A DNA stretch of 64,000 nucleotides from Camelus ferus (GCF_009834535.1 NC_045697.1:81656001-81720000), one strand, 5' to 3'. Positions 35,521 through 50,215 are shown, numbered from the stretch's first letter. Translations and numbers: made by a program. The notes: generated by a model from the letters alone, not told the origin.

Positions 35521-37194
35521 TTAAAAATATTTTTGGTGCCAATAATTACTATTACTATTGTTACCAACAAAATTTTCATAAGTAGTGTCTATTACCTAAA
35601 ATCAATTTTTAGATTTACCCGAAAAATTTAATATGATAACTTTGAAGTTATTTTTAAGTTTTTAGATGTAGTAAGTGTCCCTGTATTTTAAAAACATATT
35701 CAAAGGTTTGAAAGGTGTAAAAATGTCAAACCCTGTTTCTTTTACTCAAAGAAAGGAAGTTTTGGTTGTTGTATTACAAGAAGGCTGAAGAATAAAATAC
35801 GGAGAAATTAACATTTAACATATAAAATCACTCTTGCATTGTTCAGGTTGCTGTTTTCCTCCATCCTCACTATAATCTGTTAACACTGATTCCATTAGAA
35901 ACACACAAAGAGACTGGCCATCTTTCTAAAGTCTCTAGCATAGAACTTTATATTGAGAACACTGGGAGAAGAGATAACAGAAATCAAGCTAAAACTTTCA
36001 GGAAGGTTAGGCAGTTATCTGGAGGTGATTAAAAAACTGCATCACAACTTCAAAGGCTGGTGGTTGAGAATCACTGGTACACAAAATGAAGTGTGAAACT
36101 GTTCATACATTGTTTTTATGTTTGTTTTAAATTATATTAAGTGCGAATGCTTTATAATTGATAACGTACTTTTACATGCTTTTCTAAAATAGTGATTTAT
36201 AATGGCATTTAATGAGAAAAAATAAATCATATTCCACCTTGTTCATGGCTTTGTCTTTACTTTGCTTCTTTATGTGGCTATTGCTGTTCATTCCAAAATT
36301 TGACCATTGCCAACATTTTTAGGTTGATTTGATTTACAGCATCTTCTGCAGTTTTATAATTGCTGAACCCTTGCCAGCCATTGTAAGATTCATCTTGTGC
36401 CTGTACCCTTAATTTGTTCTGGAAATTAGCTGGCATGAGTTTCTCTTCTCTGTTCTTATTTGATATTTTTCCAGATTCATCAACTAAGTTTTTGCCAGCA
36501 CTTTACTAATATAAGTCTACTTCACTTTTTCCTTTTGATTTTCATGAACTTTATAACTTTTCTATAAAATTTTCCACATCTACTCTACTTCATTATCTGA
36601 AAGAATTCAAAGTGTAAAAAATTAATTCATAAAGTTGAATGTTGCTTCCATTGAAGGATTATGATTATATTTTACAATCTTGAATTAATTTCATAGGTGT
36701 TTGTGCTTATAATGCTTTATGCATTTTATATATATTGCTTTTATATAATTAATATAAAATATATGCCTTGTATATAATATGTATTGACTAGTCCCACTTC
36801 ATTTCACCTATCTAAAAATTTCCTATTAAACACATCTAATTTAAAGATAATTCTTTTGCTCCATCTCAGATTTTTTCCAGAGTATAATTGTAAATCATTA
36901 ATATACTAGACTCCATCTTCCTTAGTTTATTCATAATACTTCTGAGTTATTTATAAACTCACTTTAACAGTTTACAGATTACTCATGTTTATTTTCTCTA
37001 TGATCAAAAATGTCATATATATTCTAACACTGTGAATACATATACATAGATTTTTATATTAAATTGATGTATGAAATATTATCATACACTCTTTTCTGTT
37101 ATTACTATTCTTATATCAACAAAATGTGCTGTATATTCTTGATTTAATATCAACCTCAGGGTAGTCACTGCCAAAAAGGGACAGTAAAAGAATC

Positions 37195-37290
37195 CCTTCA
37201 GGGTTGATGCAAGAACAAAATGAAGTATTATATGTAAAGTGTTGATATCGGAACCTGGCACCTAGTTAGTATTCAAGGAATCATACTATG
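37195..37290 (+). mobile_element. MIR 3' fragment
   Basis: 'tcagggttgatgcaag...aaatgaagtattatatgtaaagtg...cctggcacctagttagtattcaa'. Confidence 0.65.
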
Positions 37291-39664
37291 CCTATAAATT
37301 GCTTCTAATGAATTATTGCTATTCCTTGAATAGTGTCAGAATAAGAGAGACTGCATGATCCAAATATTAAGTGACTACAAATTCTGATTGTCTGATGCTT
37401 AATCACACAATAGAACATTGATGTTACTGAGGGAACTGTTAGTTTTAAGCTACATAAAGACGTTTCTCCCCTAGAGAAGATCCATAAACATTCAAGTTGT
37501 GATAGTTTCAGTTGTCCTGTGTCTACTGGATAGTACACAGACGGACACTGCCCATGCTATTTGTCTCATGTTTACTATTCTTGGATCCTTTGCCTTTCAA
37601 ACTTCAGATACATTTACTTCTTAGACGGATAAATTCACTCATTCATATTCTAGTCAAACTTTGCTGACCTGAGAACCATTCTGATTGTCTCTTTTGACTT
37701 ATATCTGATCAGATACACTATTTCAAATTGATTTTACAGTTTAAATCTTAGAGGAAAATCTCACCTTTCTATGGAGTTTCTCCAGCATTCCCACTAAGTT
37801 AAGGGATCACATTCATGGCACCATCTGCCTGTGCAGCCCAGTATCTCCTTAGTATATTACCTAGAGCTAGAAATCCAAACTTGGTGACACAAAATATGAT
37901 CTTCCTGAGCATAACTACTGACAAACAATACTTTGTATAAAAATTTTTGTCAATTGCTAGTAATACTGTGTTTCTTAAACCAATCCAAACTTTTTTCTGT
38001 TGGAGCTATCAATAGGAAATTTGGTATTATTTCTCTACTTAAATGCTTATTTCCCTTCTACTTACTTAAATACTTCGCATATCTTGATCTGCCCTTCCTA
38101 AAACATGCATTGTATATCTGTTTTCCTCTGAATGATTTATCTATCGTACTATGTGTTGCTGTAGTACTGGACATTCTTACTGTATTTTCCAATTTCCTGG
38201 CATACACTATAAATGAAATGTTTTCTTAGTTATAAAGCTATTTGGTCCCAATACTTGACTTTATCTTTAAAGATACTGTATCTTTAAAGATGTAGTAGAC
38301 AGTGTGACAATTGGAATTTTTCATTAAATGTTTCCTTTGTGCACTCATATCAAAACATGTACTTCTTAATTTTTTAGTATATAACTTGTAAAATTTTGTA
38401 TTATTTATTTCTAATTTTATTGATTTATGCAATGCAGATTTTAAATGTCTAATTTTAAATAATTTAAGGATTTTATTTATAGTCAACTATAAATATTTTT
38501 TTCAGAAAATATCTCTAAAACACTCCAATTACATATTTGACTTTATGTCTAAGTTTAAGAGTGCTATTACTGTTCTGCTTTGTTATTCCTTATAACCCCT
38601 TGGATTGCCCTTTTACTTTTAACCTTCTATAACATAGTAAGTGTATGCACTTCAATGACAAGTTTTTGCAGAAATCATTAAAGTACTTGTATTTCTATGC
38701 CATATATTTATTCCTATTAATAAGGTTTTCTTTTCTTTCTCAGAATGTTTAATTATCACAGATAACCAAAGTATCATACAATTCTCAATCATCTCAAATG
38801 TATATAACGACTTAGATTAAAAGGTTATTTTTCCATTGCAAACTTAAAACTAATCTGATTTTCACATCTCTACAGCTTCCTTTCTTGATTGCTTATTTCT
38901 TGAGTAGTTCTATAGTATTCTCAAAATGATACACAGATGAAATGGTCTTTGAATCGTTTTATACTCACATATATATTTATTTCACCATATGAAATGTGTT
39001 TTTCATGTATTTTTCTATATTAAACTATTTATTATATACTCTTTCATTTAGTTTTGTTTCATAATTAGTTTTAGATTAGTAATAGAATAATAATTTATAG
39101 TTGTAAAAACTTCCTGTTGAATTTTTATTGTGAAATTCACTTTTATCTCTAATAATATCTCTTGCTTTTAAGTGCATGGATATTAGCATAGTTATAAGTA
39201 GGTTTATTTTTATTTGCTCTTTAGCTTTTTTCTTTCTATTATTGCTTTACTTCTCAGCCTTCATCCCCGCTAATTCAGTTTTGGGCCTCAAAACCCTATA
39301 CTCTGATTTCCTTTAGTAAGTTTCTTCTTTTTAACATTTTAATCATACCAGGTCTAATATATACATTATATATATATAATATATTTTATATTTGTAATAA
39401 GTATTTAAGATTTACCACATTTTATTTGTTCATTCAATCAATGTTTTATCAAGATATGAGTCTAATATTAAGATCTGAGTGAGGCAGTAAAAGAGATTAT
39501 TTGGAAATTTAGAAATATTCATAAATACTATCCACAACTTCTTATTCTTATTTCAGAACAAATTACTCATCAATAACTAGCAAAGTAGTGTAGATAAAAA
39601 TTATAGTACATAACACGAAAAGTCTAACTCTTTCCTATTTAGAAGTAAGTACATATGATTTGGT

Positions 39665-42600
39665 CTTTTTTTATGTTTTATTGGTGTGAAATTCATAAAC
39701 ATAAGTTCATAAACATAAAATTAACCATTATAAACTCTACAACTCAGTGATATTTACTACATTCACAATGCTGTGCAACTACCTCCAACATCAAATTCCA
39801 AAATATTTTCAATGCCCCAACAGAAAACCCCTACTCATTAAACTCCATATCCCCTTTTCCCCACCCTCTAGCAACCACCAGTATGGTTTTTGTCTATCTT
39901 TATGGATTTACCTGTAACGTTTTTTAATACATTCTTTGACATAGCTTGATTTTTTGAAGTTTATCCACATTGTACCATGTGTCAGTACTTCATTCATTTT
40001 TATGGCTGAATTAATATTTAACTGTGTGTATATATCCATTTTTAGTTCATTTATCTATTAATGGACATCTGAGTTGTTTTCAACTTTTGGCTACTGTGAG
40101 CAGTGCTACCATGCACATTTGTGTCGGGTTTTGATTTCAGGGTAATGTTGGCCTCAGAACTGAAGTGTTGTTTACTCTGCTATCTTTTTTATGAGTACAT
40201 ACAGAATACATATATATTCTCCTTTAAGTATTTAGTAACATTTACTAATTTAGCCAACTGATTTATCCCTGAATAAATGATAAATTCCATCTATTTTTTA
40301 TAGAGCTCTTAAATTAAAATTTTTTTTTCTTGAGTCAACTTTTGTAGTTTTTGACTTCTAAGAATGGATCCATTTCATAATAATTAAGCAATATTATCGA
40401 TCTACTGTCTTGCTAAAGTCATCAGTAGTGTTTATCATTTCTGATTCTGATAATTGGAGTCTTTTATTTTTTTTTTCTTGATCAATCTATCTGATGTTTT
40501 GTGCATTTTGACAATCTTTTTATAGAAAGAACTTTGGGATTTTTAAAATTTTCTTATTTTTCTATTTCACATTTCATTTCATTATTTCCTGTTCTCATTA
40601 TCATTTCTTTCCTCTTATATAATTTAGGATTTGTTTGCTCTTCTTCTTCCAGTGTTTTAAGGTGAAAAGTGAGGCTACTGTTTGGACATCATTCTCCTTT
40701 TTTAATACAGACATACACAAGTAAAAATTTCTCTCTAAGCAAAGCTTTCATTGTCTCCCAGAAGTTGTCTTTTTTATTTCTATGTCTTTATTTTATATTC
40801 ATCTCAAAGTAATTTCTAATTTCTCTGTGACTTCTTCATTGGCCCATTGCTCTTTCTGTGGGCTGTTTAATTTCCTCCTATTTCTGAGTTTCCCAATTTA
40901 TTTTTGTTACTGTTTTACTTTTCTAATGTTTTATTCCATGTGGTAAGGAAAAACTACTTTTTATTGTTTTAAGCCCTTTAAATTTATTGTGATTCATTTT
41001 ATGGCCTAGCTGTAGTAATCATCTTTTTGTTTGTCTGTTTTTCGTTTTTTTATATTTTTCTGTCTTCTAATGCTTTGACAGTTTAGTACCTTGTTCTTAG
41101 ACATAGTTGAAAACTCGCTCACTTATATACTTCTGTATATACAGACCAAACAACCCAGAGTCCACAATCCATCTACTTCTTTTGTTGAACTCTCACACTC
41201 TGGGCCACTATAAACATGCCCTGATCATGCCCGGTCAGGGATCAAATAACTAGGAACAGTCTAGTTTATCTGTTTTACATGCCTCACCCATTCTTTCCCA
41301 CATAAACCACACTAAAGATTCTTGCCTACACTTGTCTCTCAGTCTGTTTGCTGCCAACAGCAGTGTTTTCTCCTGTGGCCCTGCACAGTGTGGCCTGTCC
41401 TCTCCTTCTGAGTACTGTGAGTAATAAATTATCTTATCAACGCAACTATCTCTCAATCTGTTAACCTTACAATACCTCATGTAAAAAAAATGCACTATAT
41501 TTTAAACCACTAGCGTTATTATATCATGGACAAGGTTCCATCTTCACTTAAGAAATACATATTATTGTATTGGTGGATGGTGTGCTCTATTGATGTTTGT
41601 TGGATCTAATCAGTTTACAGTGTTTTTTTAATCGTCTATTTCCCATTGATCATCGGTTTAGTCTTCCTATCCATTATTCAAAGTGGCAGTATTGATATTT
41701 CTAATCATTACTGTTAAATATCTATATAAACCTTCATTTCTATGAGTTTCTGCTTCATGCTTTTGGGGGCTCTGTTTTTATGCTTCAATATTTTTATAAT
41801 TGTCCTAGTTTCCTGATGTTTTTGACTGTTACCATTACAAAATGTATCCCTGTATCTCTAAAAACATTTTAAAATCAGTTCTGTCTGGTATTCACATAGC
41901 TACTACAGCTTTATTCTGGTTGCTGCCTGCATGATATATCTTTTTTTCTATTCTTTTACTTTCCATCTATTTGTATGCTTGATTCTGAAGTGTGTCTCAG
42001 TAGACAACATATGCAGAATATTTTTTTAATCCTTTTGATCTCTCCCTTTGGATAGCATTGTTTAATCAGTTTACTTTTAAAGTTATTAATATGATTTAAT
42101 TTGTCTACCCTTTTACCTTTTTGTTTCCTGTACCTCTCATGTCTTTTTCTGTGTTTGTAACTCTCCTTTATTGCTTTAATTGCCAAAATAGAGTATTTTC
42201 TAATGTGACATTTTAACTTTTTCTATCATTTTTCATTATTTAACTCTGAATTAATAGTGATTTCTCTAGGGCTACCACATACATCTTACTAGAATCTGTT
42301 TCAGATTTATTCCAGTGCAATACAGAAATGTAATGAGGGTGTTAATATACATATTTCATCTATATATATGTTACATACTCAATAATAAATTTTTATAATT
42401 ATTATTTTTATAATTTTACATCTTTTAAAGAAAATTAGAATGAAGAACAAGTCTATATTTATAGCTTTTGTAATATTAACTGCCTGTTTGCCATTTCTGT
42501 TTCCCTTCACTTTTTTCCTGTGGGTTTCATTTACAATCTGGAGTCATTTACTTAGCCTAACACTGCCTTGCTTACACCTGCCTCCTTTGTGCTAGCATTG

Positions 42601-43850
42601 AATAATACATTATATTTTGTATATGCTATAAGCTCAGCAATATTATGTACATGTTGTTTAATGCAATTGGTTTTTAAATCAGCTAAGAGAAGAAAGGAGA
42701 TGAGATGTGTACTGAGACTGTCTTTTATTATTGCATAGTTGTCTTTACCAGTGTTTTTGCTTTTTCATCTGGATTTGAATTACCATCTGGAATCACTTAC
42801 AGAAAACCTGAAAACCCTTTCCTTTGGTATATTTTGTAAGGTGGGTCAGCTAACTTCAAATTCTCTTAGTTTTTGTTTTTCTTATAATGCCTTTATTTCA
42901 CCTTCATTTTTTAAGGTGGCTTTTCTGGATGTAAAGTTCTTGGTTGACAGTTTTTCCTCTCGTTTAACATTTTGAATATGTCATCCTACTGCCTTCTGGC
43001 CTTGATTGTTTCCGTTGATAAGTAAGCCACTATTCTTATTGGGGTCCATTATAAGTAGTCATTTCTCTTGCTACCTCCCAAATTTCTCCTTGTCTTTGGC
43101 TTATGGCATTTTCATTGTGATGGGTCTGCTTGTAGATTATTTTGTGCTTATCCTACTTAGATTTTGGTAAGCTTCTTGGATGCACAGATAATAATTTTCA
43201 TCAAATTTTGGAAGTTTTACAACGTTCATTGCATATTTTTCTCTCTTTTCCTGGTACTCCCATTACATGTACAATGTTGTCTTTAAGGTACTCACCACTT
43301 CTCTGACATTCTGGTTTTTTTTCTTTTCATTCTTTTCCTTTGTTCTTCAAATTGCATAATCTATATTGAACTACCTTCAACTTAGCTAATATTTTTCTCT
43401 GCTGTTTAAAATCTAATATTGAACCTATCTAGTGAGTTTCTAATTTCATTTATTGAATTTTTCAACCTCAAATCTCCATTTAGTTCTTTTTTATCATTTC
43501 TCTTTATTGATATTCTCTGATAAGATATTATCATCATATTTTCCTTCACTTCTTTAAACATGGTTTCCTTTAGTTCATTGAAAATTTGAGCCATTATTTA
43601 TCAATGGCTATTCTGAAGTCTTTGTCTTTTAAATCCAACATCTGGTTACTCTCACTGGCAGTTTCTGTTGCTTGCTTTTCTCTCCCCATGTATGATTCTA
43701 TTTTGTTTCTGTACATGTCTTATAATTTTTGTTGAAACGTAGACATTATATAAGAATTCTGGGTTCTGCCCCATTTCCCATGGTTTATTTCTGTTATTTG
43801 CTTGTTTGTTTGTTATGTAACTAGCTTTATTGATTTAGAAATGTTTATCC
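39665..43850 (-). mobile_element. Old L1 (L1MB-like) retaining ORF1, EN and 3' UTR, with most of RT missing
   Basis: 3' UTR 39665-40120; ORF2 EN/linker about 40125-42050; ORF1 about 42800-43700. ORF 43406-43594(-) '...LKNSINEIRNSLDRFNIRF' is the ORF1 coiled coil; 'aatatgtcatcctactgccttctggcc' is the ORF1 RRM/CTD region. Confidence 0.85.
41011..41509 (+). mobile_element. MER74-like ERV-L solo LTR inserted in the L1
   Basis: tgtagtaatcat...ctaatgctttgaca...ctctcacactctgggccactat...tgtgagtaataaa...tattttaaacca. Perfect 5-bp TSD CTAGC (41006-41010 / 41510-41514). Confidence 0.88.
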
Positions 43851-44774
43851 ACTTCTCACTAGGGCCAGGGTAAGGTCAATTAAGTGTGCCAAGTCCAAGG
43901 TAGTCTCTATCCTATGAATGCAGACTGGGCAGGAGGACCTCCCCAATCTCAACACACACACACACATAAGACAACTGTTGGCCTCACTCAGTCAGAAAAT
44001 ACCTGTATAACAGGTAGCTGAGGGAATGATGAAAAATACAGACATTCTGCCCCCCTAGGAAGATATCACAACTCTTTAACTAGGAGGAAGGGGAAGAAGG
44101 AGCCTTGTTTTTTGGCTGTATCTATAGAAGAAGAGTTTTTGTCATGCTAATCTGAGAAGGGAAAGGAGGGCGTGGATTGTGTTTCACATGCCATAAATTA
44201 TTTCTGTTCTTCCTTTTTTTTTTTTACAATTTTAACAACCAGGGGACTTGGTCCATGAAGCTTTTCCTTTTAGCACACTGAAAAGGGAACTTCAATGGAC
44301 ATATTTCAAGAAGGTAAAAACTGAGAAAAATCAGAAATTTTTGTTTAGGTACAACTGAAGGGATCAAAAGGAATAAAGGTGTTCACTAGCTTCACTATGT
44401 GAGCATAATTATATTATTTATTTTAATGTTCCTCTACTTTACCTTCTGATTTTGTTATGACTTTTCTCTGCTTCATATTTTTTTCCTCTATTCAACAACA
44501 AAGCTTGTTGAAGCTAGCTTCATTTTATTTTACAACTATTGCCTCAGCTAAATAATCCAGTGGGTTTTCTAAGCTACTAGCCACACACAGATATTCAAAC
44601 TGCTCATTCACATAACTAGCTAGCCAACTCAGGATGCTGAATTACACATACTGATGAAAGACTCAAGATGGGAAAACACATTTTGATCTTCCTTATAAAA
44701 AAAGAGGTTGAGTAAATGTCACGGAGTCTATGAAGGCAACACACATTAAAAAAAATAGTATCAAAGTTAAAGTT

Positions 44775-44925
44775 CAGAGAACTAGATTTTGGTTCCAAGT
44801 CCGTAATTAATTCTCTGAGTTATTTTGGCTTACTCATTTAATAGCTCTTGGCTTGAGTTTTCTAATGTTTAAATTGTATAGCTGAGCTAGTTATCTTCTA
44901 AGGTCATTCTCTAAGTTGTAAGAGA
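44775..44925 (+). mobile_element. MIR3/MIRc fragment
   Basis: 'ttggttccaagtcc...catttaatagctcttggcttgagttttctaatgtttaaatt...ttctaaggtcattc'. Confidence 0.55.
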
Positions 44926-47151
44926 TAACTTCTGCTGTAATTGTCACAAATGCCTTTTTATATCTGATCACTTGCTGGTTAAGTTTACCTACTCATCTGC
45001 CACTTCCTCTTATCCTCAAGACAGAGAAATTATTCTAACTTCCATTACTCACAGAAAGTAAACTAGACCATTTAGACTGATTTTAAATAGTCATATTTAA
45101 CTTTCAGAGTGGTCTGTGTTTTAATAGCTGATGATAACAGAGAAACTGAGAAGAAATGATAAAAATGGATGAAATGTATTCACACAAGACCAAATATATC
45201 ACATATTTAAGTATCATCCTACATACAAGTTAGAATATATTGCTATCTCCTTTCATACTTTCGAGTATATGTTCTCATAACATATAAGTAGCATAATTTT
45301 CAACTTGAATACCTAGAATACTAAATGAAAAGTGCAATGATCAAGGATATAATAAAAAATGTATCAGGCAAAAATACTGTTTTCAATTAGTTTACAAGAA
45401 GGTACAATCTAAACAGAATATAATACACATATACTGCTTTCTGTCTATGCACAGACAGATGTAGGAAAGTATATTATGTATATACATAATATCTATTAAA
45501 ATGTGTAGTATACATTAATAACATATAAATGTGAAATATGCACATAATAAATCAGTAGACTATCAATTTTTTATACTTTAATTTCACTGATATTCAACTT
45601 ACACTGGTTCCTAGGAAGCCTTCAGGGTAGAGTTTATACTAGTGTGTAGTCCAATGCTTTTCAAATTTAAGAGTGCTTTGGACTTCCCTAGGGTATATGA
45701 TAGTGTATACAAAATCATCCTCAAAAATATTGGTTCATTGGGTCTGCAGTAATGAACAGAATTCTGTCATTTTAACTGGTAAATTTTAAGAAACGCTGAA
45801 CTAGTTTTTCAGGTTCCTTTGATTGCAAATGAGCTTGGATGAAAGGAAACAACAGAAACTCATCTTCCCTGATTTAAATTAAAGTAACAAATCAAACCTA
45901 ATATTTTTGAGAATAAAAAAATAACAATGAATAACTTATTTATTTATTCTAGACTTAAGGTACAATACCATCATGCATTACCTCTGTTTTTTTTTTTTTA
46001 ATGTAATTTTTTTGGGGGTGGGGGTGGGGAGACAGTATATCTACTCAAACTCAGTTACTGGTACTTTCCTAGGTAATAATGAAATAGGATTTCTGATGAA
46101 GGGACTACAGATTAAAGTTTCCTCAGTTAATTTTATACTCAAAGTGAAACTCTTACTCTTTAAATTTCCCGTTGTTTTTGCTCTGGTCTTGGTCAAATGT
46201 TTCAAAGGATATTTTGCCCTTGTTTCTTTTGGAAGTTCTTTGTTAAGGCTAAAAAAAAATGATTTTGGCAATTTCTCTTGGTATTTGCCATTCTCTTAAT
46301 TCCATCCCATTACTCCCATTTCTTTCTTCTTGTATCATGGTAAAGTATCCCTCTTCTGCCTCTAATGTTTACATATGTCAAATGTAGATGCATTATTTTG
46401 AATTGAAATAGGTACTTTGGCAGTGGTAAACAGGAGAGTGATGAATGAATGCCATAAATAGGCCCTAGCTCAGCATGTACAAGGATTTACAAATGCAACA
46501 GCAAAAAAATAAAAGTCATTCAGACAACAGCTTCAGAAAGTCTCTGGTTGACCTTTACTTAATGGGTGGTTATGTTTCAGCACAAGCACTTTATGGAAGA
46601 AGTGAATATCTAGCAAATCTTTATTATTTATGCCCTATGCTAATGTAAATACAATTGTAGTTATTTGCATTAATTCATATTTAGAAGACTTGTCTAACAT
46701 GATATTGTATTAGAAATAAGAGAAAAATCTCCATTCCTTTTTGCATAACTTATCTTAGCCTATCTTAATTTAAGGATTTATAGATAAGCTACTATAACTG
46801 GAAAATGCTCCCACATCCACTTGGTTTGTTTTCTCTCTAAACATTTCAAAATGTGTAAATTGATCCTGATATAGGAATGCATATAACCTTTTAGTTTTAC
46901 ACCAACCATATTTGCTCAAAATAAAACCATCATGTAATCCTACGTACATTTATTTTCTCATTCGAATATATGATAAACTGGAGATTGCATGATAAATATG
47001 CTGGGTTAAAATTTTGTTTCAATATTATGGAGTATATATCAAGTAATGTCAGAATTACGTGGGCCCTTAAGTCCAAACTGGAAACTCAATTTATTTCCAG
47101 TCCCAGAATTTGCTATTTCTTTTAGAAAAAGCTTAAAATTCAGTTTCCTGT

Positions 47152-47795
47152 TGAGACAGGAAGGGGGCAGGGCACAGCCTTTCAAGCAATGGCACAGACT
47201 TTCAAGGAATGACACAGCAATTAACATCAAAATGGTGAAAGATTCAACCCCCAGTAGGCCTTGAGGCTCAGGATGATGAGAAATTTAAATTCTAGTAGAT
47301 CTTGAGCTTCATTATACACCCATGGTAATATATTAACATGGTGAAAAACATGCCCACAGGCACCATGGCAGTCCCAAGGCTAGCCACAAAAGTCAAAGAG
47401 TGGGAAACGGCCAACTTCCAGGGAATCCCAGCCCCTTCCCCAGGCTACTTAAGACAGGTCCTTCCACTTATTAGCATATGAAGCCACCAAGCCCATAAAA
47501 ATCAGCAACACAGTGCCTCAGGGCTGCCCCTCTCTCTCCCTCTTCTAAGATGGCCCACACTCTTGTCTATGGAGTGTGTACCTACTTTTAATCTGAGCAC
47601 CCAACCCCTACACCTCGTGGCCTTTCTCTTGCCTTTCAATGTATCTCTCTGAATAAATTCACTCAACTGTGGCTGGCTCTTGAATTCCTTCCTGCACGAA
47701 GCCAAGGACCCATGCTTGGTGGAGCACATCCCAGGGGCTCAACCGAAGCCTGGGACACAGCCCTTCTCATGCCCCGTATCTGTTTTCCTGCATCA
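47152..47795 (+). mobile_element. ERV1-class solo LTR, family B copy 2
   Basis: tgagacaggaaggggg...aataaattcactcaactgtggc...tcctgcatca. TSD ctgt / ctat (one transition). Inverted homologue of 6239-6871. Confidence 0.9.
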
Positions 47796-49149
47796 CTATG
47801 AATTAAAAACAGAGACTGCTGTTACTATTTTTGCATAAATGTAATACTGCATTTTCTATACCCATGTATATCCATATTTTCTTTCCCCCGTGGTAACAGA
47901 TTTCCAATTATATCTAGCTAGACAATGTCAACTTAAAATAATTTCCTCATCTTCCCTTGCACTTGAGACTGACCAAAGATTACTGCAATAGCTGGGAGAC
48001 AGTCTAGAAAAGCGTCTTAAACAGAGGGCAGGGATTTTAAGAATAAAACTCTCAGAACTAAGTGCTTATTGTTCCCTTTCTCAGCAGTTCTCAATTAATA
48101 ACCTCCTGACAATGGCTCTATCTTCCCGTACTCTCTGCTCTTCATCTAGTCTGTGTACTCCTGACTGTATAGCCAGATAGTGCCATCTCATCTATTCTGG
48201 CATTTCCAGTTTCCTTTTTTTTCTTCTTCTTCTTCTTATTTTCTAGTATTTCCAACAATCCTGGACTTTACTAATTAATCTGCTTTCATTTTTCCATTGT
48301 TCTGTTAAAAATACTTATTAGCTCTGCACTGTCATATACATATATCTTAGTTTCTAAGACTCCCTTCAATTTGGCTGCATCATAAATTTTCCTTTCTTTT
48401 CTTCATTTTCCAATGTAAATAATTTGTTCATATGAGAAGTCTATTCAAGACCATTGGTTGTTTATGCCTTTGTGTGTGGAAATGTGCTTTATCTCATTGT
48501 GTATTCAGATTTAATTATTGCCAATTTATTATTTCCTAATAAAAGACCTTATCTTCCATGTAGCTGGGCACCCTACTAACCATGACCTTTCTTCCCCTAA
48601 ATGTTTACACATAATGTAATAAATATAATATATTATAACATAACATAATGTACCTATTGATGGTGATATTAATTTAAATCAATCAGATACAATTTTACAT
48701 TGCTGGAGAATTTAACATGTTTCTTATTTCTCCAAGAACCTCAAACACGGGAAATCTCTCTTACACTGTTTTGTATATATCATAGTCCATGTTCACAATA
48801 CCCAACTTGTTTGTTTTGGTCTGAGCACTGAGAAAGTTCATTTCATATATCTAAATATTCTTTAACCATATTTTCATTTGTTTAATATAGTTACAGATGT
48901 TTAATATAGCAGCTCACAACTTTCCTCTCCACTCTTACATTTTATTACTAGTTATCACATAATATTCCAATTGTTCTTAGAGTTCTCCTTGACTTTTGTG
49001 AACCTACTACTTAAAATAATTGTTACACTAACTGTTATCCTCAAACATTCTAAAGAGTTCCATGGTAACTGGGAAACACATATATGCATAAATTATAATG
49101 CATTATAATTTTAAAATAAATATTCAAAAAACTTCAATTACATTATTTT

Positions 49150-50215
49150 AATCTACTCATAGTTAGGAAATGCATACTCAAAGTAAGCCAGACCAATCAG
49201 ATTACTTTCATAGGTGTTTCTAACTGGAAGTAATAAGAAATTATTCCCATTCATTTCTTGGTCAGAAGTTACGAATGTAATCCCAAAGACAGCATTTATA
49301 TTAAGACAGCAAAGTTACAACAGAGAATGTCAATTCTAAATAATGTAATCAAGCAAGACCCTATAATGCCTTCCCGAGACAGAACCCCACTTCATGTCTT
49401 TTGCCTGCCTCTTGTTTGTAAAAAAGCGGTAATCTCCCCGGAGTCACAAAAGGCTGACTCAAGAATTAATGACTGAAAGAATGTGAAGATATAGTAACAA
49501 AAAACAACAATTGGGCTAGGAGAACCAGCAACGATTTAAACAGTACATCAGCCATAAAGCAGTCTCACAATCTTTACTTCTTCCCTGAAGAACATTGATA
49601 AATGTCTGATGCATACTCCTGAGTTGCTTTAGATACTAAAACTCCCACCAGACAGAACTTGTTAACTTCATGATGGCCAAGAACACATAGTCTCCAGACT
49701 GGCTGGAACCTGAAGATTGATAATTAACCCCTGTAACATCAGCCCTTTTTCTCACCATCAACCAATCAGAGAATTGTTCACTAGCTGATCACATACCCTA
49801 GGACTCCCTTCCTTTATCTTGTCTCTAGAAACTTTTCCCTGAAACCCATCAGCGAGTTCGGTCTTTTGAGCATTAGTTGCCCAGACTCCTTGCTTGGTGC
49901 CTGCAGTAAATGTTGCACGTTTCTTCACCACAACCCAGTGTCAGTAGATTAGATTTACTGTGCAAGAGCGAGTGGACCCAAGTTTGATTTAGTAACAGTA
50001 AGATCCTACGGGTTCTCCCACACCATATAAAAGTGAAAGAGAAAGAAATGTAGCAGAAATAACTCAATTCCTTGTTCTAGAGCCTGAGTTACCTGGAACC
50101 CTCTTGTTAAAAGTTTCATTTCAATTCTGTAGTTACAGCAGTACATTAATAATAAATTCCTTCTTATAGCAAGTTGAATTGAATTTCTGCCAAACACAAC
50201 TTAGATAGTTCTAAT
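49150..50215 (+). mobile_element. Ancient MaLR/ERV-L LTR (MLT1K/LTR16-like), split by an ERV1 LTR
   Basis: 'aagccagaccaatcagatt' on the left and 'aataaattccttcttatagcaagttgaattgaatttctgcc...caac...ttctaattaat' on the right resemble the two halves of an old LTR. Confidence 0.45.
49313..49997 (+). mobile_element. ERV1-class solo LTR
   Basis: CCAAT (aaccaatcagagaa), 'cttttgagcattagttgcccagactccttgcttggtgcctgcagtaaatg', terminus 'ggacccaagtttgatttagtaaca'. Probable TSD gcaa / gtaa; the 5' end is inferred. Confidence 0.75.
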
